Shown here in pieces: positions 63,024-64,000 of a DNA stretch of 64,000 nt. How positions within the stretch are numbered: the first letter of the stretch is position 1; every line of letters begins with the position of its first letter. Source of the stretch: Diadema antillarum (lineage: Eukaryota); NCBI RefSeq assembly GCF_040938485.1, contig NW_027270925.1, forward strand, positions 1,054,001-1,118,000. Direction: 5' to 3'. Under the pieces are notes generated by a model that worked only from the letters and a program-made list of their open reading frames with translations, searched no databases and had not been told where the DNA came from. The position numbers and the translations under genes were made by a program.

Positions 63024-63908
63024 ATGTCCACATCAACAGAGAAATCCTACCCGACAGCTTGGGTTGAAAGTGCATTCGATGATCACACTGAAAATGAAGT
63101 GTATACAGAAGTTCCTGGAGTCGCGACGAATTCTTCAAGCATTCATAGCCTCCTTTGGCCCTCCCTCTTTACGGCTTGCATCATCGCAGCAAACTGTCTG
63201 ACTCTTGTAGCTTTTGGTGTTGAAAAACGACTACGCACCTACAACAATTACTTCATCATCAACTTGTCCATTATCGATCTCCTCGTCGGTTTGCACCTTA
63301 TCCTTACCGTTGTCCATACCCATGTCGGCTACTATCCTCTGAACCAGGCACTTTGTAAGATTCTAGGTGGCATTGGCAAGGCGATCATCAGTGCGTCTAA
63401 TTTCGTCGTCGTGGTCATCTGCGCTGACCGACATCGTGCAACTTACGACCCCATCAACCATTTCATGACTCGCAGCAAACGTAAGGCTGTGTACCTCAAC
63501 TCCCTCGCATGGCTGGGTGCGTTCGCCTTCTGGATGCTGTATATCACGGCCTGGGAATTCATCGACGACTTCGACAACAGACGTCACTGCGTTCGCAAAT
63601 ATTCGAGAATCCCTGGCGCCTCTATGCTCAACAGCCTTGTCATCTTTTATCTGCCTTTCGTTTTCATTTCCGTTCTTTATCTTCGTATATTCGTAAAGAT
63701 TCGGAAGACACTTGGTGGGAAGAGTGTCCAAAAGAAATTCAGTGCGAACGATGATTACAGTGTGTCCAACAGTAATGTGGTCTCCAATTTTCCAAATACT
63801 TCAGCCATCGACATCGATGTCGAGTCGGTCGGACAAAAACGCCTTGAAGGTCATTCGCCAGAGAAGGAAACGGAGCATGGAAATTCGGTAATCAACAAGA
63901 AGCCAACT
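63024..63908 (+). CDS. Class A GPCR, aminergic (histamine H3/H4- or muscarinic-like), first coding exon (N-terminus to ICL3); gene continues beyond the window
   Basis: TM1 (IIAANCLTLVAF), RLRTYNNYFIINLSIIDLLVGL (TM2 LxxxD), TM3 Cys and ICADRHR (DRY variant), TM4 W, TM5 FYLPFVFISVLYLRIF, Ser/Asn-rich ICL3; strong donor CCAACT|GTAAGT at 63909 (phase 0). TM6-7 are not in the window. Confidence 0.9.
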
Positions 63909-64000
63909 GTAAGTAATCATAATTGTTTCTTTTTCTTTCCATATCCGAGGTATAAAAATAATGGTGTCTTAACTTGACTTCACGGGGCAATGTTGCAATT

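Overview
Eukaryotic, repeat-rich, gene-poor genomic DNA. The repeat repertoire, the clan-2 P450 and the aminergic-like GPCR point to an invertebrate deuterostome, probably a sea urchin (inference). It contains one complete six-exon cytochrome P450 gene on + (46542-54075, 511 aa, all P450 motifs present, all five introns GT-AG and phase 1). It also contains the first coding exon of a histamine/muscarinic-like class A GPCR on + (63024-63908, remainder beyond the window) and a degraded, internally deleted paralogue of that GPCR on - (about 55920-56375). Most of the rest is transposon-derived: two related foldback elements of about 4 kb with TAG...CTA ends (Academ-like, non-autonomous; one has arms built of 161-bp repeats), a PIF/Harbinger element with TTA target duplications, several TTAA-flanked Kolobok-type MITEs, Ingi/Vingi-like and L2/CR1-type LINE fragments, tRNA-derived SINEs, local duplications and microsatellites. 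Two regions read, weakly, as decayed Toll-like receptor genes. There is a 153-N assembly gap at 30923-31075. No CRISPR array, rRNA or prokaryotic operon was seen. Family assignments are from motif recognition only; no searches were run, and repeat boundaries without stated TSDs are approximate.
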